In this document: positions 24,320 to 32,000 of the stretch, piece after piece
Position numbering within the stretch: the first letter of the stretch is position 1
Layout of the letters: the number at the start of each line of letters is the position of its first letter
DNA from: Vibrio cholerae ATCC 14035
GTDB lineage: Bacteria; Pseudomonadota; Gammaproteobacteria; Enterobacterales; Vibrionaceae
Direction: 5' to 3'
DNA length: 32,000 nt
Assembly (NCBI RefSeq): GCF_000621645.1
Contig: NZ_JHXR01000002.1
Coordinates: forward strand, 240,001-272,000
Program-made: the position numbers and the translations under genes
The notes under the pieces: generated by a model
What the model was told of the DNA's origin: nothing
Databases searched by the model: none
Seen by the model: only the letters and a program-made list of their open reading frames with translations

Positions 24320-25186
24320 ATGGCCGACAAACTTTCCACCTCCGCCTTGGCAAAAAAGCGCCAGCAAGATGCTAAACAGCTGTTTCAGGATTTGAAAACC
24401 GCCGGTTATATCCATCGCCATGATGAGCAGTGGATATTGACCGATCTCGGCACCAAATTTGGGGGAGAGTATGCCCAGCACCCTAAGTATGGGCGTTTTA
24501 TTGTCTGGCCTGAGAATTTGCTGATCGACTTGCACGCCACTTCAGGCCAAACACTCACCGCTACGCAAGTCGGGGAATACTTCAAATTAAACCCGAAGAA
24601 AATGAATCAGTTATTCAGCGAATTAGGCTGGATAGCGCGCAGCGAGTCGGGGTGGCACGCCACGGAAAGTGGCCTACGTGCCGGAGCACAGCAGCGTGAA
24701 GAGAAAAGCTCAGGTAATGGATTTGTGGTCTGGCATGAAGCCATCCTGCGTAACCGCCACTTACGCCAATCTGTCGTGGAATTTCTCGGCCAAGAAGCAC
24801 AGGCTCACGCGACCGATAAATCTTATTCCAGCTTTCGCCAGAAGTTTGCTGCCAAACACCGTACTTTAGATGGACATTATGTGCGTTCAACGGGTGAACT
24901 GCTGATTGATAACTGGCTGTATCTGGCTGGCGTGGTACACGCTTATCAGCGCCCACTACCGATTGAAGAGGAAGTGACCAGTGATTTTTATCTGCCAAGC
25001 GGCAAGGTCTATTTGCAATTTTGGGGAACAGATGAAGGTGACATTGCCCCGAGTGAACAACAAAAAACCCGCGCACTTTATCAAGCACACGGGTTAGCAC
25101 TGATTGAGATCCAATCTCATGAGATCACGCAACTGGATGACATTTTGCCCGCAAAATTGCGTGAGTTCGGTATTAAAGCGTATTAA
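24320..25186 (+). CDS. Hypothetical protein: two wHTH-like repeats plus a C-terminal PD-(D/E)xK (restriction-endonuclease-like) domain
   Basis: ATG at 24320 has AGAGGA 8 nt upstream; the ORF-track start at 24263 is TTG. The two repeats read QLFQDLKTAGYIHRHDEQWILTDLGTKFGG and QLFSELGWIARSESGWHATESGLRAGA. The C-terminus reads VRSTGELLIDNWLYLAGVVHAYQRPLP...SDFYLPSGKVYLQFWG...KTRALYQAHGLALIEI. Confidence 0.6.
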   Translation: MADKLSTSALAKKRQQDAKQLFQDLKTAGYIHRHDEQWILTDLGTKFGGEYAQHPKYGRFIVWPENLLIDLHATSGQTLTATQVGEYFKLNPKKMNQLFSELGWIARSESGWHATESGLRAGAQQREEKSSGNGFVVWHEAILRNRHLRQSVVEFLGQEAQAHATDKSYSSFRQKFAAKHRTLDGHYVRSTGELLIDNWLYLAGVVHAYQRPLPIEEEVTSDFYLPSGKVYLQFWGTDEGDIAPSEQQKTRALYQAHGLALIEIQSHEITQLDDILPAKLREFGIKAY

Positions 25187-25614
25187 CGAGTGCGATAACG
25201 CGCACGCGCGGCCTCTTCAATTGGCACCACAGTTTTACCAATCGGCGCCAATGAAATCACCGCCAGCTTTAAATGCTGCAGGGCAAACGGAATGCCGATG
25301 ATGGTGATAAAACAGGCCACCGCAGACAAAATATGCCCCACCGCCAACCAAAAACCGGCCAAAATAAACCAAATGATATTGCCCAAAACGCCGAAACCGC
25401 TGGTACCAATGTCGGTTTGGTCAGTTAATTCATCACGGGAAATCGCTTCATAGCCAAACGGCCAGAATGAGAAATTGCCGATCACAAAACAAGCGCGTCC
25501 CCACGGAATGCCAATGATGCTAATAAACGCCAGTACTCCCACTAGCCACCAAGCCAATCCCATCACTATACCGCCACATAAAAACCAAATAATGTTGCCT
25601 AGTGTTCTTAACAT
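25183..25614 (-). CDS. yccF: YccF-family inner-membrane protein (two DUF307 repeats)
   Basis: 143 aa. The duplicated motifs GNIIWFLCGG...IIGIPWG and GNIIWFILAGFW...IIGIPFA are colinear with E. coli YccF. The SD is GAGGTAAGG. Confidence 0.85.
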   Translation of the reverse strand: MLRTLGNIIWFLCGGIVMGLAWWLVGVLAFISIIGIPWGRACFVIGNFSFWPFGYEAISRDELTDQTDIGTSGFGVLGNIIWFILAGFWLAVGHILSAVACFITIIGIPFALQHLKLAVISLAPIGKTVVPIEEAARARYRTR

Positions 25615-25689
25615 TACCTTACCTCACGTTGTTGAAGGTGTTTCATGCGCCTAACGCTAATGCGGCGACCATGAACAGAAAATGAATGA

Positions 25690-26412
25690 TCAGAAAAATC
25701 CATGCCACACCGCAGTCGCACCACTCACCAAACAGAGCGCCAGCGCCGCAAAGCGAATTTTTTCTTTTGGCAATGAGTGAGTGGTTTTACGGGCTAACAC
25801 ATAGCCTAGCCAAGCCGCAGGGATCAGCGGCAGAGTCAGTAGCACATGGTGCCACGTTAAAAAACCCGTCGGCCACTGCACCATCAAAGAGATGATCGAG
25901 CTAAACACGAAGAAGGCAGACAAATTACCGCGCAATTGATTAGCTTCTTGGTGCTGAAGCAGGAGCGCCATAGGAGGACCACCGATGCCACTGCTGGTAC
26001 CAAATACGCCTGAGAAAAAGCCCGCAATCCCCATTCGAGTTGGGTTCGGCTCAATGCGCAGTGGCAGCAAACTTACTGCCACCGCAAACAGCACCAACAA
26101 GCCAAGCCACAGCGCCAGCGCCTGCGTGGAAATCCACATCAGCAGCAAACCACCCACAATCGATCCCGGAATGCGCCCAATTAAGGCCATTTTTAAGCCG
26201 CCAATCGAAATACTCTCGCGATGTTTCATCGCATTGAGCACCGAAATAAACAGCGCGACTAAGCAGATCGGTGATGGCACATAGTCCGGCGAAATAAGAA
26301 ACAGCAGCGGCGATGCAACGACCGCGAGCCCAAAGCCGATCGCGGTCTGCACAAAGGAACCCATGAAAACCAATAGCATGGCAATCCACGCACTCGCGCC
26401 TAAATATTCCAT
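25690..26412 (-). CDS. TauE/SafE (TSUP, DUF81) family anion/sulfur-compound exporter
   Basis: 240 aa with about 7-8 TM segments. The N-terminus FMGSFVQTAIGFGLAVVASPLL and the internal GIGGPPMALLL are typical of TSUP proteins. The SD is AAGGGA. Confidence 0.8.
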   Translation of the reverse strand: MEYLGASAWIAMLLVFMGSFVQTAIGFGLAVVASPLLFLISPDYVPSPICLVALFISVLNAMKHRESISIGGLKMALIGRIPGSIVGGLLLMWISTQALALWLGLLVLFAVAVSLLPLRIEPNPTRMGIAGFFSGVFGTSSGIGGPPMALLLQHQEANQLRGNLSAFFVFSSIISLMVQWPTGFLTWHHVLLTLPLIPAAWLGYVLARKTTHSLPKEKIRFAALALCLVSGATAVWHGFF

Positions 26413-26573
26413 TTCGTTCCCTTGTACTGCGATATTTTGAATGACACAGACGGTATCAGTTCAGCAATATTTCGCAATAGAAACGTTTCGCCCGAACGGG
26501 CTTACCAGAAATTTAGACTCACTCACCAATAAAAACGACCAGCGACCGCTTATCTTAATGGCATCCAAATGTT

Positions 26574-26584
26574 GGGGGGGGGGG
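26574..26584. repeat. G11 homopolymer in the rhodanese-TauE spacer
   Basis: Eleven consecutive G on the + strand, counted directly. The tract lies 10 nt downstream of the rhodanese stop on the minus strand. Confidence 0.95.
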
Positions 26585-26593
26585 CGAAGCAAG

Positions 26594-26989
26594 CTACTCA
26601 GTGACCAACGTAAAACCTTCGTCCAACCAACCGGTCACACCCCCAATCATTTTCTTCACTGGGCGACCTAATTTGGCTAAGCGAATCGCCGCTTTTTCAG
26701 TGCCATTACAGTGAGGCCCCGCGCAATAGACCACAAACAGCGTGCCCATAGGGTAATCGGCTAAGGTTTTTTCGTTCAAGCGTGAGTGCGGCAAGCTGAT
26801 GGCACATGGCACATGTCCTTCGGCATAGAGGGCTTCACCGCGAACATCGAGTAACACAAAATCTTGTCTTTCATTGGTGATCGCGTGGTGCACATCCCAA
26901 CAATCGGTTTCAAACTGCAACAACGCTTCAAAATGCGCCAGAGCATCGGCACTGGACGCTGCGGGCACACGAGATACGGCACTAGACAT
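26594..26989 (-). CDS. Single-domain rhodanese-like sulfurtransferase
   Basis: ATG at 26989 has AAGGAGA upstream; the ORF-track start at 27094 is TTG. The motifs are LLDVRGEALYAEGHVPCAISLP and the active-site loop VVYCAGPHCNGT. Confidence 0.8.
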   Translation of the reverse strand: MSSAVSRVPAASSADALAHFEALLQFETDCWDVHHAITNERQDFVLLDVRGEALYAEGHVPCAISLPHSRLNEKTLADYPMGTLFVVYCAGPHCNGTEKAAIRLAKLGRPVKKMIGGVTGWLDEGFTLVTE

Positions 26990-27053
26990 TCGACTTCTCC
27001 TTGTCGGTTTAATGAGCATGCAGTGTGCCACAAGCTTTAAAACGCCGAAATAG

Positions 27054-27088
27054 CAAAACTCAGAAAGATGCACGCACCTTCCTGAGTT
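27054..27088 (-). terminator. Terminator of the NAD(P)-binding protein gene
   Basis: actcagaaag (27058-27067) pairs with cttcctgagt (27078-27087) with one mismatch. A T-run follows on the minus strand. Confidence 0.6.
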
Positions 27089-27115
27089 ATCCAATGATTA
27101 AACCGCTTGTGTGGA

Positions 27116-27754
27116 TTAGTACGCTACACCAATGCGTTGGCGAGGATGCTCAGCGTATTCCAGCTCATCAATCAGCGCGACCGCATAATCTGCAACCGAA
27201 ATACGGCTGTTGCCTTCGCTGTCGGTCAGCAGTTGATCGCCGCCCACCCGGTATTGGCCTTGCTTGTCGCCTGGGAAAATTTCGGCCGCTGGGCTTACGA
27301 AAGTCCAGTTCACATCGCTGTTGCTTGCGCGGAAAACTTCCAACGCTTCGCCTTGAGCTAGAGCTTCACCTTTGTACTCTTCTGGGAAACCCGGAACGGT
27401 GACTAATTTCACGCCCGGAGCCACTTCCAAAGAACCCGCACCACCAACCCACAATAAACGAGCAACGCCAGCTTGTGGCAACTCATTGAGTAGACGCTGC
27501 GCGGTTTTCGCGACCATTTCATGGTTGCCTGCGGCACGGCCGCCGATAGAGGCAATCACAGCATCCACGCCTTCTAGCACAGATTTGAGTGAGCTCTCTG
27601 GGTTTAGGATATCCAGTTGCTGTACCGCTACCCCTTTGAGGGTGACTTTGGCTGGGTCACGAACGACAGCAACCACTTCATGTCCGCGCATTTTCGCTTC
27701 AGCCGCTAAATGGCTACCAATCCAACCAGATGCACCTAGAATTGCTACTTTCAT
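27116..27754 (-). CDS. NAD(P)H-binding atypical SDR (NmrA/BVR-B-like) protein
   Basis: 212 aa. The N-terminus is MKVAILGASGWIGSHL (GxxGxxG). A strong SD, AGAGGAAGG, is present. The gene is divergent from a LysR regulator. Confidence 0.8.
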   Translation of the reverse strand: MKVAILGASGWIGSHLAAEAKMRGHEVVAVVRDPAKVTLKGVAVQQLDILNPESSLKSVLEGVDAVIASIGGRAAGNHEMVAKTAQRLLNELPQAGVARLLWVGGAGSLEVAPGVKLVTVPGFPEEYKGEALAQGEALEVFRASNSDVNWTFVSPAAEIFPGDKQGQYRVGGDQLLTDSEGNSRISVADYAVALIDELEYAEHPRQRIGVAY

Positions 27755-27886
27755 TTTTTACCTTCCTCTTGAATCTATTTAGATGAGTGTGTTCAACGAG
27801 GATAAGTATAGTTTGTCGCATCGCGAGCGATAAATGCGCAAAAATGATGTACATTGTATCTAGTTAGTTTGCAAATGAGAGCACTT

Positions 27887-28777
27887 ATGGATCGCCTAAC
27901 TGCCATGCGCAGCTTTATTGAAGTCGCCAATACCGCCAGTTTTACTCAAGCAGCGGATAACCTAAACCTCAGCCGTTTACAGGTATCGCGCCATGTTCAG
28001 GAAATTGAGGATTGGCTTAAGCAGCGCTTGCTGCATCGCACGACACGCCGAGTCAGCCTCACCGCAGCGGGTGAGGAGGCACTACAACGCTGTGAGCAAA
28101 TTCTCCATCAGACCATGGAGCTGGAAATGCGCGCACTGGAGCAGTCAGGAGCATTACGCGGCAGCATTCGAATTTCTGCACCGATAGGTCTCACGCAAAA
28201 CATGCTGCTGGATGCGGTACAGGCCTTTACCGACCTGCATCCACAAGTTCATTTTGATGTGCTTGCCTCCGATCGTTTTTCACAATTGGTCGATGAACGT
28301 GTCGATATCGCGCTGCGCTTTACGCAGCAGCCCGATGAAAATTTGATTGCACGCCGCTTGCTTGAAGTCGGCATGGTGGTGTGTGCCACTCAGGAATATC
28401 TGGCACAACATGCGCCTATCGAATTACCACAAGATCTGACACACCATAACTGCTTAGTGCATATCAGTGGCAATAAATGGGATTTCGTTAAAAATAACGA
28501 GCAGTTTAGCGTTTTGGTCAATGGTAATATTCGCGCCAATGATATGGGTACCTTATGCCGCGCCGCATTAAATCATAAAGGGATCATTCGTCTCCCCTGT
28601 GATTTGGCCAATCCGCTGTTGCGAGCTGGACAACTGCAAGCGTTACTGCCGGACTATTATCTGCCAAGCAGTTCAATCTGGGCAGTGTATCTGTCGCGCA
28701 GTTACCAGACACCTTTGGTCAGACAGTTTATTGATTTTCTCGCCGAGCGTTGGCAAGAAGATTTGCTCTGGCCATAA
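27887..28777 (+). CDS. LysR-family transcriptional regulator
   Basis: ATG at 27887; the ORF-track start at 27854 is TTG. The HTH reads SFTQAADNLNLSRLQVSRHVQEIEDWL. A C-terminal substrate-binding domain is present. Confidence 0.9.
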   Translation: MDRLTAMRSFIEVANTASFTQAADNLNLSRLQVSRHVQEIEDWLKQRLLHRTTRRVSLTAAGEEALQRCEQILHQTMELEMRALEQSGALRGSIRISAPIGLTQNMLLDAVQAFTDLHPQVHFDVLASDRFSQLVDERVDIALRFTQQPDENLIARRLLEVGMVVCATQEYLAQHAPIELPQDLTHHNCLVHISGNKWDFVKNNEQFSVLVNGNIRANDMGTLCRAALNHKGIIRLPCDLANPLLRAGQLQALLPDYYLPSSSIWAVYLSRSYQTPLVRQFIDFLAERWQEDLLWP

Positions 28778-28785
28778 AAGCCAAT

Positions 28786-28805
28786 CCCCGATTTTACACT
28801 CGGGG
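28786..28805. terminator. Weak hairpin between the convergent LysR and MCP genes
   Basis: ccccga (28786-28791) pairs with tcgggg (28800-28805). Confidence 0.35.
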
Positions 28806-28819
28806 GTACTTTGTAAGGA

Positions 28820-31132
28820 TTAATAGCGGAACTGTCCCATTCGCTTGCTTAATTCCATCGCTTCATCGGATAACTCATTCACGATGGCGTTCACTTCGCC
28901 GACTTGCACCGTCACAGACGCAGAAACATCCGAAATTGAGGTGATATTGGCGTTAATTTCTTCAGTAACACCACGCTGTTGCTCAGTTGCAGTCGCGATT
29001 TGGATATTCATCTCGTTTAATTCATTGAGCATATCGACAATCTGTTTGAGCATATCGGTATTGCTATGACAGGTAGCCACACCGCGAACCACCGTATTAT
29101 TCGCCTCTTCGATACAGTTGACGACAGACTGAGTTTCTTTTTGTAAGCGATCAATTTTGGTGCGGATCTCTTCAGTCGAGGTTTGCGTTTTTGCGGCAAG
29201 ATTACGCACCTCATCCGCGACCACCGCAAAGCCTCGCCCTTGTTCTCCAGCGCGAGCTGCCTCAATGGCGGCATTCAACGCCAGCAAGTTGGTCTGCTCG
29301 GCAATCGCTTGGATCACATCGAGTACCGAGGCGATAGATTGGCTTTCATGATTTAACCGTGCAATCGCTTCAACGGCCGAGGCCATTTGTTGGTTTATTG
29401 ATGTCATATCGCGCGCAAGCTCATTGCCCACTGAGACACCGCCGTGGCCCTTTTGATTGGCTTCCTGCACAAAAGTGGCTGCTCGCTGTGCAAATTCAGA
29501 CACTTCGGTAATCGAAGCGCTCATTTCATTTACCGCCGTGACCACCGAATCCGTACGCTCATGCTGCTCAGATACCGAATTACGCGTTCCGGTCATATTA
29601 TGTGTAATGGTTTGAGTGTGAGAGTTGAGTTTGTCAGTCGTATGAGCGAACTGACAAATCGTATCTTGCAGATGGCTCAGCATACGATTGAGCGCTTGCG
29701 CCAACTGTCGGATCTCATCACTGCCTTGCTCAGATAACCGCACCGTTAAATCATTATCTCGACTCATCCGTTGAATTTGGCTTATCGAATCACGAATCGG
29801 TTTAGAAATTCCATTCCCCACCATCCATGCCGCAAGTGTCGCAATGACTGCGCCGATCACGATGGCGATCAGCACTTTCATAATCAGTTCGTCGGAAAGC
29901 TTCGCAATATCGGCTAACGCTTCGTCTGCCTGCATTTCAGTGACTAACGCCCAGCGTAACCCTAATGCATCAAGCGGTGTGTATGCTGATAGTAACTGCA
30001 CACTGGCATGCGTACTCTCCATCATTAATCCACTCTCGCCTCTCAAAGCCTTATCCACGGCTTGCGAACTGACCTTAAGCAAACCAATCGCGGATTGTTT
30101 ACTGCGGATCTGATTGATTGCCGCTCGATCACCCGTTAATGAATTCAATGTCCCGATGAAGGCCGAAGCATCTTCCAGCAGTAAACGGGGCTGACTACGC
30201 ATCAGGTGATCACTGCCCACTAAATAGCTCTGGCCGGTATTCCCAAGCCCGTTTTCTTTCCAACGGGAATCGAACGTCATAATGCTATTAATTTCATCCA
30301 CTGGCATTTGAAAGATCAGAACACCAACTCGAGTACTACCGTTAAAGATAGGGGTCGAAATGAATGAAGCCGCCGCCTCATAAGAGGGATAGTAAGGTGC
30401 AAAATCGTCAAGATAATACTGATTATTGGCTAAGGTTTTGGCTTGCACATAAGCCCTTGCTAGTCCGCTCTCTTTGTACGGACCGCTCAGCAAATTGGTC
30501 GCAAAATCAAGCTCTTTGAATACGGTGTACACCACATGACCGTCATTATCGACCATAAACACATCATACAAACCGAACTGCTCTAAATACTGCTTAATCC
30601 CAGGATGGTACTTTTGATGCAAAGCATCATACGCGTTACCTAGCGAATCACTCTCCCACTCATGCTTAGCGCCAAGCGGGTTAGGGTTGCTGGCAATATA
30701 ACGGGCTTGTAACGCTTCCGCGGATCTGGATAACAGATTCAAACGCGCTAACGGGTTCGCATCTTGGCCGTCGTTTAACTTCTGATAATTCTGACCAAAT
30801 TGAGTGGTGTAATAGTCTTTTAGGGCAATGAGCGAAGAAGCTGGCACCTGTTCAACGGGGTAAGCTTGGTAGGCTTGAGTCAAGCCTTCCATTGCCTCCA
30901 CAGTGGAGACCATATTAGCTAAGGTCACAAGTTGCCCCGCTACTCGTGTTAAATAGCGTTCAATCTCACTTTTTTTGGTTTCACGAACCGAAAGGAGTTG
31001 GTTCGAGGCTCGCTCATAGATCGCTTGTTTAGACAGAGTGGCGGCGCTCCAACCCACCCACACTCCTGCAATCACGACCGAAAAAATGGACAGCAATGTC
31101 ATAGACAATACGATTTTGTTGGCAATTTTCAT
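28820..31132 (-). CDS. Methyl-accepting chemotaxis protein with a very large Cache-type (double Cache / Cache_3-Cache_2-like) periplasmic sensor
   Basis: 770 aa. About 390 aa lie between TM1 and TM2, containing YDVFMVDNDGHVVYTVFKELDFATNL. HAMP follows, then the hairpin [35 protein letters not shown]. The SD is AGGGGA. Confidence 0.92.
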   Translation of the reverse strand: MKIANKIVLSMTLLSIFSVVIAGVWVGWSAATLSKQAIYERASNQLLSVRETKKSEIERYLTRVAGQLVTLANMVSTVEAMEGLTQAYQAYPVEQVPASSLIALKDYYTTQFGQNYQKLNDGQDANPLARLNLLSRSAEALQARYIASNPNPLGAKHEWESDSLGNAYDALHQKYHPGIKQYLEQFGLYDVFMVDNDGHVVYTVFKELDFATNLLSGPYKESGLARAYVQAKTLANNQYYLDDFAPYYPSYEAAASFISTPIFNGSTRVGVLIFQMPVDEINSIMTFDSRWKENGLGNTGQSYLVGSDHLMRSQPRLLLEDASAFIGTLNSLTGDRAAINQIRSKQSAIGLLKVSSQAVDKALRGESGLMMESTHASVQLLSAYTPLDALGLRWALVTEMQADEALADIAKLSDELIMKVLIAIVIGAVIATLAAWMVGNGISKPIRDSISQIQRMSRDNDLTVRLSEQGSDEIRQLAQALNRMLSHLQDTICQFAHTTDKLNSHTQTITHNMTGTRNSVSEQHERTDSVVTAVNEMSASITEVSEFAQRAATFVQEANQKGHGGVSVGNELARDMTSINQQMASAVEAIARLNHESQSIASVLDVIQAIAEQTNLLALNAAIEAARAGEQGRGFAVVADEVRNLAAKTQTSTEEIRTKIDRLQKETQSVVNCIEEANNTVVRGVATCHSNTDMLKQIVDMLNELNEMNIQIATATEQQRGVTEEINANITSISDVSASVTVQVGEVNAIVNELSDEAMELSKRMGQFRY

Positions 31133-31324
31133 GCTTTTCCCCTGAGAAACTCAGTCAGATATAGAGGTAAAGAGTCGCCAACGATACGTCATAAAACCAA
31201 AACTTCTTTGTTATAGGAATAAAGACTCATTGCAAGCATAGTCATCCCCTATTCCATCTACCAAAAAATACCGCAGAAATTGTCGTTATCCGGCCAACCC
31301 ATAGTCAACGAGTTGATTATAGTT

Positions 31325-31352
31325 CAAAAAAAAGCGACCCTTTCAGGTCGCT
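31325..31352 (-). terminator. Rho-independent terminator downstream of the SDR gene and ERIC copy
   Basis: agcgacc (31333-31339) pairs with ggtcgct (31346-31352). The A8 run on + gives a T-run on the minus strand. Confidence 0.8.
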
Positions 31353-31369
31353 CAATTATGTTGTTCAAA

Positions 31370-31499
31370 TATACCCTTCCTACTTGAAGCTGCAGCGGTG
31401 CTAGCAACATTCGCCCCCCCCCCCATTCACATAGTCTATCTATGCTCATGGGGATTACTCATTTGCCGCCTACCTGCAACGCCAAGTAGTTTGGGTATA
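31370..31499 (-). repeat. ERIC/IRU-type intergenic repeat, full-length copy (about 130 bp) carrying a C11 tract
   Basis: The reverse complement aligns end to end with 3139-3266 (tatacccaaacTacttggCgttgcagGtagGcgg...ccgctgcagcttcaaGtag). The core contains gtaatccccatgagcatag. C11 lies at 31414-31424. Confidence 0.8.
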
Positions 31500-31526
31500 G
31501 GGGCTTAATCGCACTTTTTTGATTAA

Positions 31527-32000
31527 CTAGGGCTGTTGTTTGGTCGGTGCCAACGCAATCTCACGAATGCACACGCTTTGTGGCTGCTGATAAGCAAACA
31601 GTACCGCACGCGCCACATCATCCGCGGCCAACACGCCGCCCATGTCCACTTTCCAAGCATCGTAGCCCTCTTTAATTTCGCTTGATGTGGTGTGTGAAAG
31701 CAGCTCTGTTTCTACCGCTCCTGGAGCAATTGTGGTCACGCGCACATTGCTGGCGGCCACTTCCTCACGCACGTTTTCAGAAATCGCATGTACCGCAAAC
31801 TTAGTTCCACAGTAAGCAGCATGATTCGGGAAGGTTTTCTTACCCGCAATAGAACTGATGTTCACGATCGTACCGTGGTTGCGCTCTTTCATATCGGCCA
31901 ACACGGCGTGCATACCGTTGAGCAGGCCTAGCACATTCACATCAAACATGCGCTTCCATTCATTCGCTTCTTGAGTATCAATCTGCCCAAGCAGCATGAC
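31527..32000 (-). CDS. Short-chain dehydrogenase/reductase (classical SDR), 3' part; N-terminus lies beyond the right edge
   Basis: The catalytic Ser and YxxxK are seen in NISSIAGKKTFPNHAAYCGTKFAV. The ORF is open to the window end. Confidence 0.85.
   Translation of the reverse strand, partial: VMLLGQIDTQEANEWKRMFDVNVLGLLNGMHAVLADMKERNHGTIVNISSIAGKKTFPNHAAYCGTKFAVHAISENVREEVAASNVRVTTIAPGAVETELLSHTTSSEIKEGYDAWKVDMGGVLAADDVARAVLFAYQQPQSVCIREIALAPTKQQP

Noticed and set aside
27755-27886. LysR-type T-N11-A operator in the NmrA/LysR divergent region, for example around ATCGCGAGCGAT at 27820-27831.
   Set aside because: Several weak dyads exist, but none is convincing enough to assign by eye. The divergent LysR-target gene layout itself is ordinary.
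3139-31499. Two inverted ERIC copies bracketing about 28 kb, as if they were the ends of a composite mobile element or island.
   Set aside because: ERIC elements are abundant, non-autonomous intergenic repeats. The enclosed genes are ordinary chemotaxis and metabolic genes with no integrase or transposase. A third, partial copy lies inside, so the bracketing is most likely coincidental.

Overview
This is Vibrio-type gammaproteobacterial DNA. From memory, the gene order matches the Vibrio cholerae small chromosome around the mannitol (mtl) locus; I could not verify that without a search. I call 29 protein-coding genes, 2 of them cut by the window edges. In order they are: maltoporin and a divergent GlgX-type debranching enzyme; three methyl-accepting chemotaxis proteins (MCPs) with three different sensor types; aroG; a polar amino-acid ABC operon; a phosphohexomutase; a low-GC bactofilin plus M23 peptidase pair; mtlA-mtlD-mtlR; and a run of small oxidoreductase, membrane, rhodanese and LysR genes. 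I saw no tRNA or rRNA, CRISPR array, integrase or transposase, integron attC (VCR) site or prophage signature. The non-coding content includes two full ERIC/IRU-type repeats and one internally deleted copy. Each sits between a stop codon and a hairpin, and all three share one orientation relative to the host transcript. There are also MalT-box motifs, a near-consensus TyrR box, the cis-antisense MtlS sRNA locus in the mtlA leader, many rho-independent terminators, and three unusually long G/C homopolymers (9, 11 and 11 nt). I did not find a convincing multi-gene novel system. The best candidates for under-described biology are: (i) an MCP translationally coupled to an orphan solute-binding protein; (ii) the low-GC bactofilin/M23 cassette, with a 91-nt out-of-frame gene overlap and an in-frame G9 tract; and (iii) an orphan protein with two wHTH-like repeats and a degenerate PD-(D/E)xK-like domain. 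Several ORF-track starts are TTG or GTG extensions, and I re-set them to downstream ATG codons with Shine-Dalgarno (SD) sequences.
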